A DNA stretch of 64,000 nt from positions 32,001-96,000 of the forward strand of contig WJMO01000009.1 in NCBI GenBank assembly GCA_014727915.1, in the 5' to 3' direction. The notes under the pieces were generated by a model. It saw only the letters and a list, made by a program, of their open reading frames with translations. It made no database searches and had not been told where the DNA came from. Source of the DNA: Candidatus Altiarchaeales archaeon (GTDB lineage: Archaea; Altiarchaeota; Altiarchaeia; IMC4; SCGC-AAA252-I15). Shown here piece by piece: positions 18,119-29,087 of the stretch. The stretch's first letter is position 1; every line of letters starts with the position of its first letter. The translations under genes were made by a program, and so were the position numbers.

Positions 18119-19749
18119 GCCTGCCTATCCCGGTTCTCATAGACCACGTAATGGTGTTCCACTCTTCCCTCCCCGCCTGCCAGGCCGAGCATCCAAGCTC
18201 CGACACCGTCTCCAGCTTCCCTGAGGACATGCACCTCATAGGTCACCTCCCAGTCTTTGAGCGGGTCCACAGCATCATAGTATCCCCTCTGTGACAGCTC
18301 CTCCAACAGCCCGTCCGGCAAAACCATGAAATCGATGTCGTCCGGAGCATGGCTGAAGTAGAACTCGCCCGGGCTATAGTGTCTCCTTAGGTATCCGAAT
18401 CTATGGCCGTTGTAGGCCATGTACTGCACGAACAACGCCGGCCTGGCTTTGAGACCAGCTGCCATGTAAGTGAAGGTCACGACCACATCATCCTCGCTCG
18501 TTACCTCGTTCAGAAAAACGTTCATAGCGCGGATCTCATCACCGGGGGCGGGGGGCAGACCCCCAAACGCAAAGGCTTCCAAGTCGGCGTAGAATGTGAG
18601 CGCGAAAGGCAGGATAGCCAACGCAATCAGGTGTCGGGGCCTGTCTCGGAGGTATTCGCCGGTTTTCTTGAGGATGAAGGGCGACCCCGACACGAGCATA
18701 TAGTGCAATGGTATGCTCATGTGATCCCACCTGTTCAATGCGACCAACATCATGAAATAGGACATGGGATAGGATATGAGGATCGTCCTAGCCCGGACAT
18801 CGGAGATGAACAACAGCCCGAACATGGAGAGCATCATCAGAGCGGACGGAACCCTGCCGCTGAACATAAAATCCGTGTTCAAGGGCATCAGGGCCAGAAG
18901 GCTCAAACCCACTACCACGATGTACTCCGCCGGGGTGCTTCCACCCACACCATAGTATAATGCCCCAATGCCGTCCCTGATTCTCTCTGATACCCTGGGG
19001 AAGACCAGTGCACCCAACACCACGAAGGGAACGCCAAGGGGGTAGAGCCCGAAGTGCCCCATGAAATCCCTTGCGAACCCCTCCCCGTCTGCTGCGACCA
19101 TGAAGGACGCGAACAGGACTAGCGGAGCAGCAGATGCCAACACGGCAGTTCTGACATGTCTCCTGTCATGCCAGTATACGACAACGGCCATCGATATTAT
19201 GAACACGGTGGCAGTGTACTCTACCAGGCAGTTCAACCCGGTCAAGCCAGCGCAAGCCAGCAGATGCGTCCTGTCATCTGTTCTCACGTACCTGTGGAGG
19301 CAGTAGATTGAAGCCAGAGCCAGTACGCCCACGAGGTTGTTCGCATAGCCCAGGCGGTTCCAGAACACCATCTCAGGATAGAGGGCATAAGATAAACCCG
19401 CAACCAACCCGTACCTCTCACCCACTATGTCCCCCACCAGCCGGTATGCTATCAGCAACCCGGCCGCGGAGCAGAGCACGGAGAAAACGCGCAGAGATAA
19501 TATGCTCTCCCCCAACAACCTGACAAGGGGCGATGCCATCACGTAGTAGGCGGGTGGGTGGGCTATGAAATGGTACCTATAGCCGAAGTGCTGCGCACGG
19601 CCCTCCAGCAGGTTCGCCGCGGTGTTCAGGTTCCCCCCCTCATCCCACATCCACATGGGCGTGGACTCGAGGTTGACGGATCTCAAACCCAGGAAAACCA
19701 GGAATATCAAAGCCAGCTCCCATTTGACGCTAACACCCAAACCCTTCAC
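18115..19749 (-). CDS. GT-C fold (ArnT/PMT-like) glycosyltransferase, paralog 2
   Basis: WMWDEG, HPPAYY, polytopic membrane protein. Confidence 0.85.
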   Translation of the reverse strand: MKGLGVSVKWELALIFLVFLGLRSVNLESTPMWMWDEGGNLNTAANLLEGRAQHFGYRYHFIAHPPAYYVMASPLVRLLGESILSLRVFSVLCSAAGLLIAYRLVGDIVGERYGLVAGLSYALYPEMVFWNRLGYANNLVGVLALASIYCLHRYVRTDDRTHLLACAGLTGLNCLVEYTATVFIISMAVVVYWHDRRHVRTAVLASAAPLVLFASFMVAADGEGFARDFMGHFGLYPLGVPFVVLGALVFPRVSERIRDGIGALYYGVGGSTPAEYIVVVGLSLLALMPLNTDFMFSGRVPSALMMLSMFGLLFISDVRARTILISYPMSYFMMLVALNRWDHMSIPLHYMLVSGSPFILKKTGEYLRDRPRHLIALAILPFALTFYADLEAFAFGGLPPAPGDEIRAMNVFLNEVTSEDDVVVTFTYMAAGLKARPALFVQYMAYNGHRFGYLRRHYSPGEFYFSHAPDDIDFMVLPDGLLEELSQRGYYDAVDPLKDWEVTYEVHVLREAGDGVGAWMLGLAGGEGRVEHHYVVYENRDRQA

Positions 19750-21359
19750 CTCCCAGGATTCTCCAATACGACATAGTGCTGCTCGCTCTTAGCGGACCCC
19801 CCAAGCAGGCCGATGACTTCAGAGAGCATCCCCGGCTCCCTCCTATGCGTTGTGCGCAACTCATAGACTGTCTGCCAATTGTTGAACTGGTCTGTGAAAC
19901 CGCTGCCTCCACCGTCTTCGAACTCATCGAACAGCCCATGAGGGACTATCATATAGTCGATGTTATCCGGTGTTAGATCCAGCACAAACTCGTCCCTCCC
20001 GTATGCCCTCTTCCAGTAGCTGAACCCGTAACCATTGTAGGCTAGCACCTGCGAAAACATAGAAGATTCGGCGTCGACCTGGTGTCCAAGGTAAGTGAAG
20101 GTGATGACCAAGTCATCATATCGGGTGTTCTGGTTAACGAAATAGGCCATGTCCCTGAACCCCTCAACCGGCGACGGGGCCAGACCGCCCAATGCGAAGG
20201 CTTCCACGTCCATGTACAGGGTCAAAGCCAATGGCACGACAGCCACCAGGGCGAGCTTTCGCCTACCCCTCAGGGATTCGACGGCCTTCTTGAACAGGAA
20301 TGGCATTCCCAATCCCATGACATAATGCAGTGGTATCACCATGTGGTCGGACCTGTTCAAACCCATCAGCAGCATGAGGTAGAATGTAAAGTAGGGCAGT
20401 ACCGTCCTCTTGAAGCTCTTGTCCTCGATGAACAACAAACCGTTCAACGACATGAGGAATATGGCGGAGGGAACCCTGCTCGTGACCAGGAAGTCCCAGT
20501 TCAGCGGGACAATGGCAGCCAAGCCCAATAGCATGTAAACGCCGAACTCAGCAGGCAATCCTACATCCACGCCCACATAGACCGACTCCACAAATGACCT
20601 GGCCCTGTCCGACCACTTCACAAAAACAGGAGCCAACACGGCCAAAACTAAGACCGAGAGCGGGTACAACCCGAAATAGTTGAGGAAATCCTTGACGAAA
20701 CCCTCTGCCTGTGTTGCCAGCATCATGGCAGTGAAGAAGGCTAACGGCGCGGAAGAAAAAACCAAGCTTTTCAAAGCGTCTTTTGGCCTGTGCCAGTATA
20801 CCACGACGGCAAAAGCCAAAATGAACGCCACTCCCGTGTATTCGACGATCGGCATCAGCCCCGTCAGCGCCAAACCACCCCAATAGTATCTCCTGTCATC
20901 GGTCTTCAAATAGTTCTGCAGGCAGTAGATGGAGGCCAACGCCATCACCCCCAAGAGGTTGTTCGCGTAGCCCAGCCGGTTCCAGAAGACCATCTCAGGG
21001 AATACCGCATAGGATGCGGCCGCCACGATGCCATAACCCTCCCCCAAGACGTCCCTGACTATGAGGTAGGAGAGGATGAGGCCCACGATAGAGCACATCA
21101 CCGAGAACACCCTCACGGTAAGTATCGAAGCACCTAACAACTCCACCAAAGGAGCTAAGAGCATGAACTGAAGGGGGGGATGGGGTATGAAATGGTATTT
21201 GTAGGCAAAGAACCTCACCTCCCCCCTCAAAAGGTTGGTTGTATAGTTGAGGGTGCACCCCTCATCCCACATCCATACCGGGGTTGACCCGAGGTTAACG
21301 CACCTCAACGCAACGGCTAACAGTATTACGGCAGCCAGCTTCCAGTTCAACCTCATCAT
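19746..21359 (-). CDS. GT-C fold (ArnT/PMT-like) glycosyltransferase, paralog 1
   Basis: WMWDEG, HPPLQF; PEMVFWNRLGYANNL shared with the neighbour. Confidence 0.85.
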   Translation of the reverse strand: MMRLNWKLAAVILLAVALRCVNLGSTPVWMWDEGCTLNYTTNLLRGEVRFFAYKYHFIPHPPLQFMLLAPLVELLGASILTVRVFSVMCSIVGLILSYLIVRDVLGEGYGIVAAASYAVFPEMVFWNRLGYANNLLGVMALASIYCLQNYLKTDDRRYYWGGLALTGLMPIVEYTGVAFILAFAVVVYWHRPKDALKSLVFSSAPLAFFTAMMLATQAEGFVKDFLNYFGLYPLSVLVLAVLAPVFVKWSDRARSFVESVYVGVDVGLPAEFGVYMLLGLAAIVPLNWDFLVTSRVPSAIFLMSLNGLLFIEDKSFKRTVLPYFTFYLMLLMGLNRSDHMVIPLHYVMGLGMPFLFKKAVESLRGRRKLALVAVVPLALTLYMDVEAFALGGLAPSPVEGFRDMAYFVNQNTRYDDLVITFTYLGHQVDAESSMFSQVLAYNGYGFSYWKRAYGRDEFVLDLTPDNIDYMIVPHGLFDEFEDGGGSGFTDQFNNWQTVYELRTTHRREPGMLSEVIGLLGGSAKSEQHYVVLENPGR

Positions 21360-21480
21360 GTATGTATTGGCATACGGGCATTTTTATAATCCAAAAAAAT
21401 CTCTACTTGGGTATGGGCTTGAGATGGGATCCCAGGTTCGGCGTAGCATTGGCGCTTCTGTCGACCCTCATCCCCTATAC

Positions 21481-22554
21481 TCAAGCATCCTTCTTCTTCC
21501 TCTGGGCCTTAAGCTCCTCGTAGAACTCTCCCGGCTTGTCCTCTGCAAGGGGTATGAGCTCGTCAGCGGCGAGCGTCAGCTTGTGCCTGCTCCCCTGCAT
21601 CGTACCCCTCTCCCCGAGTTTCTTCTTAACCATGGGGGTGACGATGTTCCGGTACGTGTTCCACTCGGGGGCGTGCTTTATCTCCAATCCGCAGTCCTTG
21701 CTGAGCCTCTGAATCAGCACGTAGGGGCTGAGGTGCTCGAGGAAGTCAGCCACCAGGTTAACGTATTCCATGAACCCGAGGCTCTTGTAGCTACCGCCCT
21801 CCCACATCCTCGCGAGCTTGGTGTCCTTCATAACCACCAGCGGGTATATCTTAACCGCGTCCACTCCCATCGCAGATATAACCCTGGCAGTCTCCATCAT
21901 CTCATCGTGCGACTCGCCGGGCATCCCAAGTATTATGAAGGACAGCAGGGGTATTTCGCGGGCGTGGCATTCGTCGACCGCTCTTATGAGCTCCGCGAGG
22001 CCGTGCTGGCGGTTCATCTCCCTCAGCGTGTGCTGGTGTGTGGTCTGCTGCCCCGCCTCCACCCAAACCTCATAGCCGGAGCTCCTGTACTCGCCGAGGA
22101 GGTCCAGCACCTCTTCCGGGAGGCAGTCCGGCCTGGTTCCAACGGTGAATCCGATAACGTCCTCGTGGGCGCTGACGGTCTCGTCCAGTATCTGCCTCAG
22201 CTTCTCCACGGGCGCGTAGGTGTTTGTGCCGAAGGCTATGTAGACCAGCCCCTTCTCGCCGGCGCCTACGGACTTGTAGTGTTCCACGTTATGGCGTATC
22301 TGCTCGGTGAAGCCCTTGTCTATGACCTCCCGGAAGTTCTGGTAGGTGAACTGCTTGGCGTGTGACGGGCAGAAGGCGCAGCCGTCCTCGCTCAGCCTCC
22401 CATCCCAGTTGGGGCAGACGAAACGCGCGTTCAACGGGACCTTGAAGACCTTATACCCATGGGCTTTCCGCTCGTATAGGCCGTAGGCTGAATACAACTC
22501 CCCCTCACCGTACAATTCGTCAACGAACTCCCGGTTTACTATCTGGGCTCCCAT
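21481..22554 (-). CDS. TIGR01212 (YhcC/YtqA) family radical SAM protein
   Basis: FVCPNWDG...GCAFC, TNTYAP, GTRPDCL, VWVEAG. Confidence 0.9.
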   Translation of the reverse strand: MGAQIVNREFVDELYGEGELYSAYGLYERKAHGYKVFKVPLNARFVCPNWDGRLSEDGCAFCPSHAKQFTYQNFREVIDKGFTEQIRHNVEHYKSVGAGEKGLVYIAFGTNTYAPVEKLRQILDETVSAHEDVIGFTVGTRPDCLPEEVLDLLGEYRSSGYEVWVEAGQQTTHQHTLREMNRQHGLAELIRAVDECHAREIPLLSFIILGMPGESHDEMMETARVISAMGVDAVKIYPLVVMKDTKLARMWEGGSYKSLGFMEYVNLVADFLEHLSPYVLIQRLSKDCGLEIKHAPEWNTYRNIVTPMVKKKLGERGTMQGSRHKLTLAADELIPLAEDKPGEFYEELKAQRKKKDA

Positions 22555-22590
22555 AGGCCTTAACCTACTACGCTTTCAACGCTTAAAATC

Positions 22591-23370
22591 ATGACTGTCC
22601 TAGTCCTATACATGGGCGTGTTGAGAAACCCGGAGGACCCTCGAATAAACACCCTGATGGCTCCGGAACCTCTTGGCTTCGGCGGTGGGGAAAAGACGGT
22701 AGTGGGCTATCACATGGTCCGGAAGGATGCGCCCACTAGGATAGTGGGGCAGGTCCACGGCCTGGCCGACTTTGACATGCGCGAGAAACACCCCAACCCG
22801 ATCGTAGACTTGATAGGGGATAGGGCGATACTCTCGCCCGCCAGGCAGGGTTGGGCGGCGTCGGGCAGACGGCAGATGGAAGGCAATTTCCTGACAGTCC
22901 GTGAGGCGGTCCTCCGCCACATGATGGGCGAGGGGGAAAAACGCCTTCTAAGGCTCAGATCCGACGGAGTGAACATCGTCGACTACATCGACCAGCATGG
23001 GCTGTTCGAGGACGTTCAAGGTCCCGCGGGCGAGCTGCTGACAACACGGTGGACGGACTTCAAGAGGGCACTAACGGACAATGGCCTCCACATCGAAGAT
23101 GACGGGGAGAACTTCCTGCGAAGGCACACTGTCGGATTATGCCCTGAACGTCCTGTAGTGCAAGCTGCCAGGACCCATGGCTTCTTTGAAGTCACCCTGC
23201 CCCTGTCCGAGACTTGCAGGTTCGGAGGCCACCTGCTTACACCTGGCATGGTGCCTCTCGAGAACGCCCAACGCCTTACGATAACGGACCCGAAGGACGA
23301 ACAGCTGATACGCCAAACCCTCTCAGACAACGGACTCGAAAGCGTCAAACTGGAGATGCTGGGCAAATGA
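22591..23370 (+). CDS. Hypothetical protein, possible ADP-ribosyltransferase/Tpt1-like fold
   Basis: Fills the intergenic gap; GYH...ILSP...HTVGL...FEV...VPL pattern (fold call is weak). Confidence 0.6.
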   Translation: MTVLVLYMGVLRNPEDPRINTLMAPEPLGFGGGEKTVVGYHMVRKDAPTRIVGQVHGLADFDMREKHPNPIVDLIGDRAILSPARQGWAASGRRQMEGNFLTVREAVLRHMMGEGEKRLLRLRSDGVNIVDYIDQHGLFEDVQGPAGELLTTRWTDFKRALTDNGLHIEDDGENFLRRHTVGLCPERPVVQAARTHGFFEVTLPLSETCRFGGHLLTPGMVPLENAQRLTITDPKDEQLIRQTLSDNGLESVKLEMLGK

Positions 23371-23382
23371 AGCTAAAATGCT

Positions 23383-24057
23383 TCAGAACTCGATCTTCCA
23401 TCCTACGCCGCCTTCCCTTGTGGCTTCAGGGTATCTTTCTCTTATCTCCAGCCTGTGCTGTGTGCAGTGGGTGGGGACGATCAGCTTCAGCCCTTTGAGG
23501 ATGTCGTAGTCGCTGAAGCCGTGGAAGCCTCCTATGATGCCGTATAATTCGCCGTGGTCACGTGCAGCCTCCATTATCCTGTCCACGCCGCAGTGGCTGC
23601 ACCCCGCCAATGCGACTACTCCCTTGGAGGTCTTCAACACCAGGCTCTGCTCGCCGATAAGCTCCCCCTCGTGCGTGCCCGGCAGCTCTCCGGTGGACCA
23701 GACTGAATCGGTTATCCTGACTGCGTCCTTGACTTCCACGACATCCGCATGCTTTCCCACCTCTTCCATGTAGTGCCGTGAGAAACCCGAGGGTATGTAG
23801 GCTCTCAGGCCCTCTCCGTTGCTGAGTATGCAGGGCAGCCCTCCTATGTGGTCCCAGTGGGGGTGTGACAGCACCACCGCGTCGATGTCTCTGATCTTGA
23901 TGTCCAGGGCTTCCATGTTCCTCTTCAGGTCGCTTCCCTTCCATCCTGTGTCGAAGAGTATGCTCTCCTCCGCTTCCACGAGGCAGCTGAATCCCCAACC
24001 TTCCGCCAGGCCTTCCTCGACGCTGTTGTTGTCGTATGCGATGGTCAGCCTCATCAC
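23383..24057 (-). CDS. MBL-fold metallo-hydrolase
   Basis: WGFSCLVE, LFDTG, SHPHWDHIGG, GCSHCG, GGFH, PTHCT. Confidence 0.9.
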   Translation of the reverse strand: MMRLTIAYDNNSVEEGLAEGWGFSCLVEAEESILFDTGWKGSDLKRNMEALDIKIRDIDAVVLSHPHWDHIGGLPCILSNGEGLRAYIPSGFSRHYMEEVGKHADVVEVKDAVRITDSVWSTGELPGTHEGELIGEQSLVLKTSKGVVALAGCSHCGVDRIMEAARDHGELYGIIGGFHGFSDYDILKGLKLIVPTHCTQHRLEIRERYPEATREGGVGWKIEF

Positions 24058-24169
24058 TTAACATATCCCCCCTCCAAATATAAATAATACAAATATTTTT
24101 TTAAATTATCATTGTTTTTTTCAAAACTATTTATAATCTGGTTTTATTGGTTGTTTTTCAATATGTTAT

Positions 24170-24757
24170 GTGGACATCGGTGTTCGCGGCCAGGGCGGCA
24201 TGGAATACCTCATGACCTACGGGTGGGCGATACTCGTGGTTGCCATAGTCGGCATAGTGCTCTGGCAGCTGGGATTCCTGAAATCCGGATCCACATCCAT
24301 CACCTCTACTGGCTTCATAAAGATCAAACCCCAGCTGAGCGCCACGAGCCTCACCGCAACCGGGATATTCACAACGGTATTCACCAACACGCTTGGCGCG
24401 GACCTAACAGTAACGGGCGTGAAAGTCTACGACCTGAACTCGGGAAGCTTGCTCTGCTGCTCCCACGACATACCCGGGGACTGCATGAGTGCAGGCGTGA
24501 TCGGGGCAGCATCCGACCTGGGCGGGAAGAACCACATGCAACTGAACGCTGGCGAGTCCGTGGACGTCTCCAAGGGCAGGAACGTGAAGGTGGAGATGGG
24601 GAACCTTGCTGGCGGCGCGGTCACAGCTTGCATGATAGCCGGCGGCGAAGCCGACGACTCCTACAACATACGCGTGGTCCTGCTGTACGACCTAGACCTG
24701 GGCGGTGCGACCGGATCCCACACGGAGTTGGGCACCTTCAGGGGCACCCTGGAGTAG
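24170..24757 (+). CDS. Class III signal peptide (type IV pilin-like) protein
   Basis: RG|QGGMEYLMTYGWAILVVAIVGIVLWQLG. Confidence 0.85.
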   Translation: MDIGVRGQGGMEYLMTYGWAILVVAIVGIVLWQLGFLKSGSTSITSTGFIKIKPQLSATSLTATGIFTTVFTNTLGADLTVTGVKVYDLNSGSLLCCSHDIPGDCMSAGVIGAASDLGGKNHMQLNAGESVDVSKGRNVKVEMGNLAGGAVTACMIAGGEADDSYNIRVVLLYDLDLGGATGSHTELGTFRGTLE

Positions 24758-24761
24758 GTGC

Positions 24762-25055
24762 TCATAGCAGGTCCTTCATATAGTCGCATTCCTTGTCTCC
24801 ATCGGCGTCTACGCAGCAGTATTCGGGGTGTCGGGGGTCAGGCATCTCCGGCGGCCGGCACTTGCTGGAAAGGTATTCCCCTGCATCTCTCACCGCGTCT
24901 TCGGTGTCGCAGAGGCCGTTGTGGTCGTAGTCTAAGCAGCAGCTTCCGGCGACGAGCATGTAGTCTTCAGGGCAGGATTCCGCTTCTTTCTTCTCCGCCA
25001 GGATGCACCCGGAGGCCATGAGGCAGAGGATCATGGTTAGGTGCAGTGCCTTCAT
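24762..25055 (-). CDS. Small Cys-rich lipoprotein with CCxDxDxxGxCD-like (Ca-binding type) repeats
   Basis: ASGC lipobox; CCLDYDHNGLCD and CCVDADGDKECD. Confidence 0.7.
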   Translation of the reverse strand: MKALHLTMILCLMASGCILAEKKEAESCPEDYMLVAGSCCLDYDHNGLCDTEDAVRDAGEYLSSKCRPPEMPDPRHPEYCCVDADGDKECDYMKDLL

Positions 25056-25135
25056 GGTTTACATTTTCCTGTTTGGCGTATTTATATCCGTCATGTTTTA
25101 GTCTATCTTCATAGCGTTATTGCGGAGGTTTTGGC

Positions 25136-25825
25136 ATGTTCGACGTGGTTGTTATGTTGTGGATGGTGTTCCTGCCGCTCCTGTTCTCGCTGCCCTTTCT
25201 GCTGGCCGTGCTTATACTGCTGAAGGACTCGGAGTCGCTCCACTATTTCCTTTTCGTCTTCGTCGCGACAGTTGCCTTCCTCATAGGCGAGGTCGTGTAC
25301 GGGTATGTGTTCAAGACTTCCATATACACGCCGGAGAGCCTCAGGTGGGTTTTCAGCACCATCGCCCAGGGCTATGCCGCGCTGATCGGCATATTGGGAT
25401 CCTTTCTCATCTACCACCTGCAGACCTTGAAGGAGTTCTCCCGGGAGGTGAGGAAGGGCGTCGTCAAGGGCATACCCGACTTCGACTTCTCGAAGATAGT
25501 CGTCGACGACAAGAACTTCGTATCTTATCTGAAGAGGGTCAGCGAGGGTAACAGGAGCGATGAGGTCAGGTATGCCATGTATTTCCTCGGTGTTCTCCTT
25601 GAGGAGAAGAACGAGGTCAGGTACATGATAAAGAACCAGTTCATGCTCTTGTTCACCTCAGTATTCCTCTCATTGGCCATATTGTTGGTGGTGGACGGTT
25701 GGTTCCTGGTCTATGGCATTTTCTTCAAGGTGTTCGTGTATCTGGTGTTCTCCATATCAATGGCGGCCCTGCTTTCCACGGTAAGGGGTGTTTTTAAGCT
25801 GACGCATTCTGCCAGCTTCCAATAA
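25136..25825 (+). CDS. Hypothetical polytopic membrane protein
   Basis: About five hydrophobic helices; fills the gap. Confidence 0.65.
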   Translation: MFDVVVMLWMVFLPLLFSLPFLLAVLILLKDSESLHYFLFVFVATVAFLIGEVVYGYVFKTSIYTPESLRWVFSTIAQGYAALIGILGSFLIYHLQTLKEFSREVRKGVVKGIPDFDFSKIVVDDKNFVSYLKRVSEGNRSDEVRYAMYFLGVLLEEKNEVRYMIKNQFMLLFTSVFLSLAILLVVDGWFLVYGIFFKVFVYLVFSISMAALLSTVRGVFKLTHSASFQ

Positions 25826-25828
25826 GGA

Positions 25829-25871
25829 AAATATTACTCATTTTAGGGTAATATTTCATTTTTAAGTAATA
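25829..25871. promoter_or_regulatory. Candidate operator upstream of the riboflavin operon
   Basis: AAATATTAC-N10-GTAATATTT inverted repeat (25829-25856) plus an imperfect 18-bp direct repeat TCATTTTnnnGTAATA. Confidence 0.55.
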
Positions 25872-25888
25872 ATTCCTATTCTCATTGG

Positions 25889-26961
<1,073 letters not shown>

Positions 26962-26974
26962 GAGGTAGAATACG

Positions 26975-27424
26975 ATGAGCGGTTTGAAGTTGGGGTTCGT
27001 TGTTGGCGAGTTCAACGCCGACATAACGCACCTTATGATGGAGAGGGCCAGGGCCCACGCCGAGTTCCTGGACTGTGAAGTGACGCACATAATAAGGGTA
27101 CCAGGGGCTTTTGATGCGCCATTGGCCATTAAGAAGATGATAGAAAGGAGCGACGTTGACGCGGTCGTCACATTGGGCGCTGTCATAGAGGGCGACACAG
27201 AGCACGACCAGGTAGTCGCCCAGCATGCGGCCAGGAAGATGATGGACCTGGCGTTGGAGCACGGTAAGCCGGTTTCCCTGGGCATCTCAGGGCCTGGCAT
27301 GACCCGGGCGCAGGGTCAGGCGAGGATAGACGAGTACGCGAGGCGGAGCGTTGAGGCTGCTGTGAAGCTTGCCAGGCGCACCAGGGAATTGGGGAAGAAG
27401 GACGCTCCTGCGGTGATCGGGTGA
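26975..27424 (+). CDS. ribH: 6,7-dimethyl-8-ribityllumazine synthase
   Basis: EFNADIT, VPGAFDAP, LGAVIEGDTEHD, GISGPGM. Confidence 0.95.
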   Translation: MSGLKLGFVVGEFNADITHLMMERARAHAEFLDCEVTHIIRVPGAFDAPLAIKKMIERSDVDAVVTLGAVIEGDTEHDQVVAQHAARKMMDLALEHGKPVSLGISGPGMTRAQGQARIDEYARRSVEAAVKLARRTRELGKKDAPAVIG

Positions 27425-27996
27425 TGGAATCTTCGGAGGAGGCGCTGCTGCCCACAAGCCACGGCAATTTCAATGCTCGGTCGTTCCGCGACGCTGATGG
27501 CAGGGAGCACCTTGCAGTCTACAAGGGGGATTTGAAGCGTGAGAACGTGCCCGTCAGGGTTCATTCCAAGTGCACTACCGGCGACACGTTCCATTCTCTC
27601 CGCTGCGACTGCGGGGAGCAGTTGGCCAGGGCGCTCGAGCATATAGAAAAGGAGGGCTTCGGCGTTCTCGTGTACTTGGACCAGGAGGGCCGGGGCATAG
27701 GCCTGTTAAACAAGGTCAACGCCTACAGGCTGCAGGAGAACGGCTCTGACACCGTGGAGGCTAACGAGGAACTGGGTTTCCCATCGGACATGCGAGACTA
27801 CCGGGTCGCGGCTGATATACTCAAGTCACTGGGCGTTGTTTCGGTTTTGCTGATGACCAACAACCCGGGGAAGATCAAGGGGTTGGTGGAGCATGGCGTC
27901 ACCGTCTCGGACCGGATGCCTCTGAAGGTGGAGCCCAACGACTTCAACCGCAAGTACCTGGACACGAAGAAGCTGAGGATGGACCAGCTCCTATGA
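27421..27996 (+). CDS. ribA: GTP cyclohydrolase II (bacterial type)
   Basis: VRVHSKCTTGD, SLRCDCG, QEGRGIGL, LMTNNPGK. Confidence 0.95.
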   Translation: MMESSEEALLPTSHGNFNARSFRDADGREHLAVYKGDLKRENVPVRVHSKCTTGDTFHSLRCDCGEQLARALEHIEKEGFGVLVYLDQEGRGIGLLNKVNAYRLQENGSDTVEANEELGFPSDMRDYRVAADILKSLGVVSVLLMTNNPGKIKGLVEHGVTVSDRMPLKVEPNDFNRKYLDTKKLRMDQLL

Positions 27997-29033
27997 AAGA
28001 CGAGGATTACATGCGCAGGGCCCTTGAGCTTTCGCTGAGGGGGAGACCGTCACCCAACCCCTACGTTGGCGCGGTTGTTGTGAAGGACGGCAGGATAGTC
28101 GGCGAGGGATATCATCGGAGGGCGGGCGGATGCCATGCTGAGGTTGATGCGCTGAAGGACGTCACCGACTCTGGCACTGTATTGTATGTTACGTTGGAGC
28201 CTTGCAGCCACCACGGTTGCACGCCCCCGTGCGTCGATGCCATAGTCGAAGCGGGCGTGTCGGAGGTGGTCTACGCCGTTGACGACCCGACGGAGAAGGT
28301 CTGCGGTAGGGAGCGGCTGGAAGAGGCGGGTGTGAAGGTCAGGTCGGAGGTGCTGGCCGGCGAATGTCGCAGGGTCAACGAGGCCTTCTTCAAACACTCG
28401 GTTACCGGCAGACCCTTTGTGGCGTTGAAGGCTGCCATGACATTGGACGGCCAGATAGCTTCATCTACGGGGGAGAGCAGGTGGATAACCTCCGAAGAGT
28501 CTTTGAATAGGGTTCATGAGCTACGGGGCAGATATGATGCTATACTCGTGGGTGTCGGCACAGTCCTAGCCGACGACCCGAGGCTGACGTGCAGGGCTGG
28601 GGGAGGCCGCGACCCCCTCCGGGTCATACTCGACAGCACCCTCCGCACTCCGGCTGATGCCAGGGTGCTGGCGGATGATAACGTCCTGGTCGCAGCCGGT
28701 GAAAGGGCAGACATCGCCGGATGGGAGGGTGATGCTGAGGTCATTGTGCTGGGAGACGGCAGGGCGGGATTGGACATGCTTCTAGAAGAGCTTGGCAGCC
28801 GGGGTGTGACCTCCGTTCTGGTAGAGGGCGGGGGAACGGTCAACTACTCGTTCGTGAAGCAGGGTTTGGCGGACAAGTTCTACCTGTTCTTCGCGCCGAA
28901 GCTGATGCTCGGCTCTAACACGCCGGCATTCAAAGGGAAGGGGATCACGAAGCTGGAGGATGCGGTGCAGGTCGATATAGCATCCGCGGAGAGGGTCGGC
29001 CCTGACCTCCTGATAGAAGCCTACCCTAAATAG
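27993..29033 (+). CDS. ribD: Bifunctional deaminase/reductase RibD (bacterial type)
   Basis: PNPYVGAVVV, HAE, TLEPCSHHG.TPPC, TLDG, SRWIT, VLVEGG. Confidence 0.95.
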   Translation: MKDEDYMRRALELSLRGRPSPNPYVGAVVVKDGRIVGEGYHRRAGGCHAEVDALKDVTDSGTVLYVTLEPCSHHGCTPPCVDAIVEAGVSEVVYAVDDPTEKVCGRERLEEAGVKVRSEVLAGECRRVNEAFFKHSVTGRPFVALKAAMTLDGQIASSTGESRWITSEESLNRVHELRGRYDAILVGVGTVLADDPRLTCRAGGGRDPLRVILDSTLRTPADARVLADDNVLVAAGERADIAGWEGDAEVIVLGDGRAGLDMLLEELGSRGVTSVLVEGGGTVNYSFVKQGLADKFYLFFAPKLMLGSNTPAFKGKGITKLEDAVQVDIASAERVGPDLLIEAYPK

Positions 29034-29087
29034 CTTTATTTTTGAACTTCCTATTGTTTTCTATTTGATATCTTCGGGGTTTTTACG

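Noticed and set aside
21410-21480. Possible tRNA or ncRNA (contains GGTTCG and weak terminal complementarity)
   Set aside because: No cloverleaf could be built and the pairing is imperfect; a tRNAscan/Infernal run would be needed.
21247-22365. 372-aa + strand ORF
   Set aside because: Antisense shadow of the TIGR01212 radical SAM gene; no motifs.
25826-25888. FMN riboswitch upstream of the rib operon
   Set aside because: The leader is only 63 bp, AT-rich, and lacks RFN consensus.
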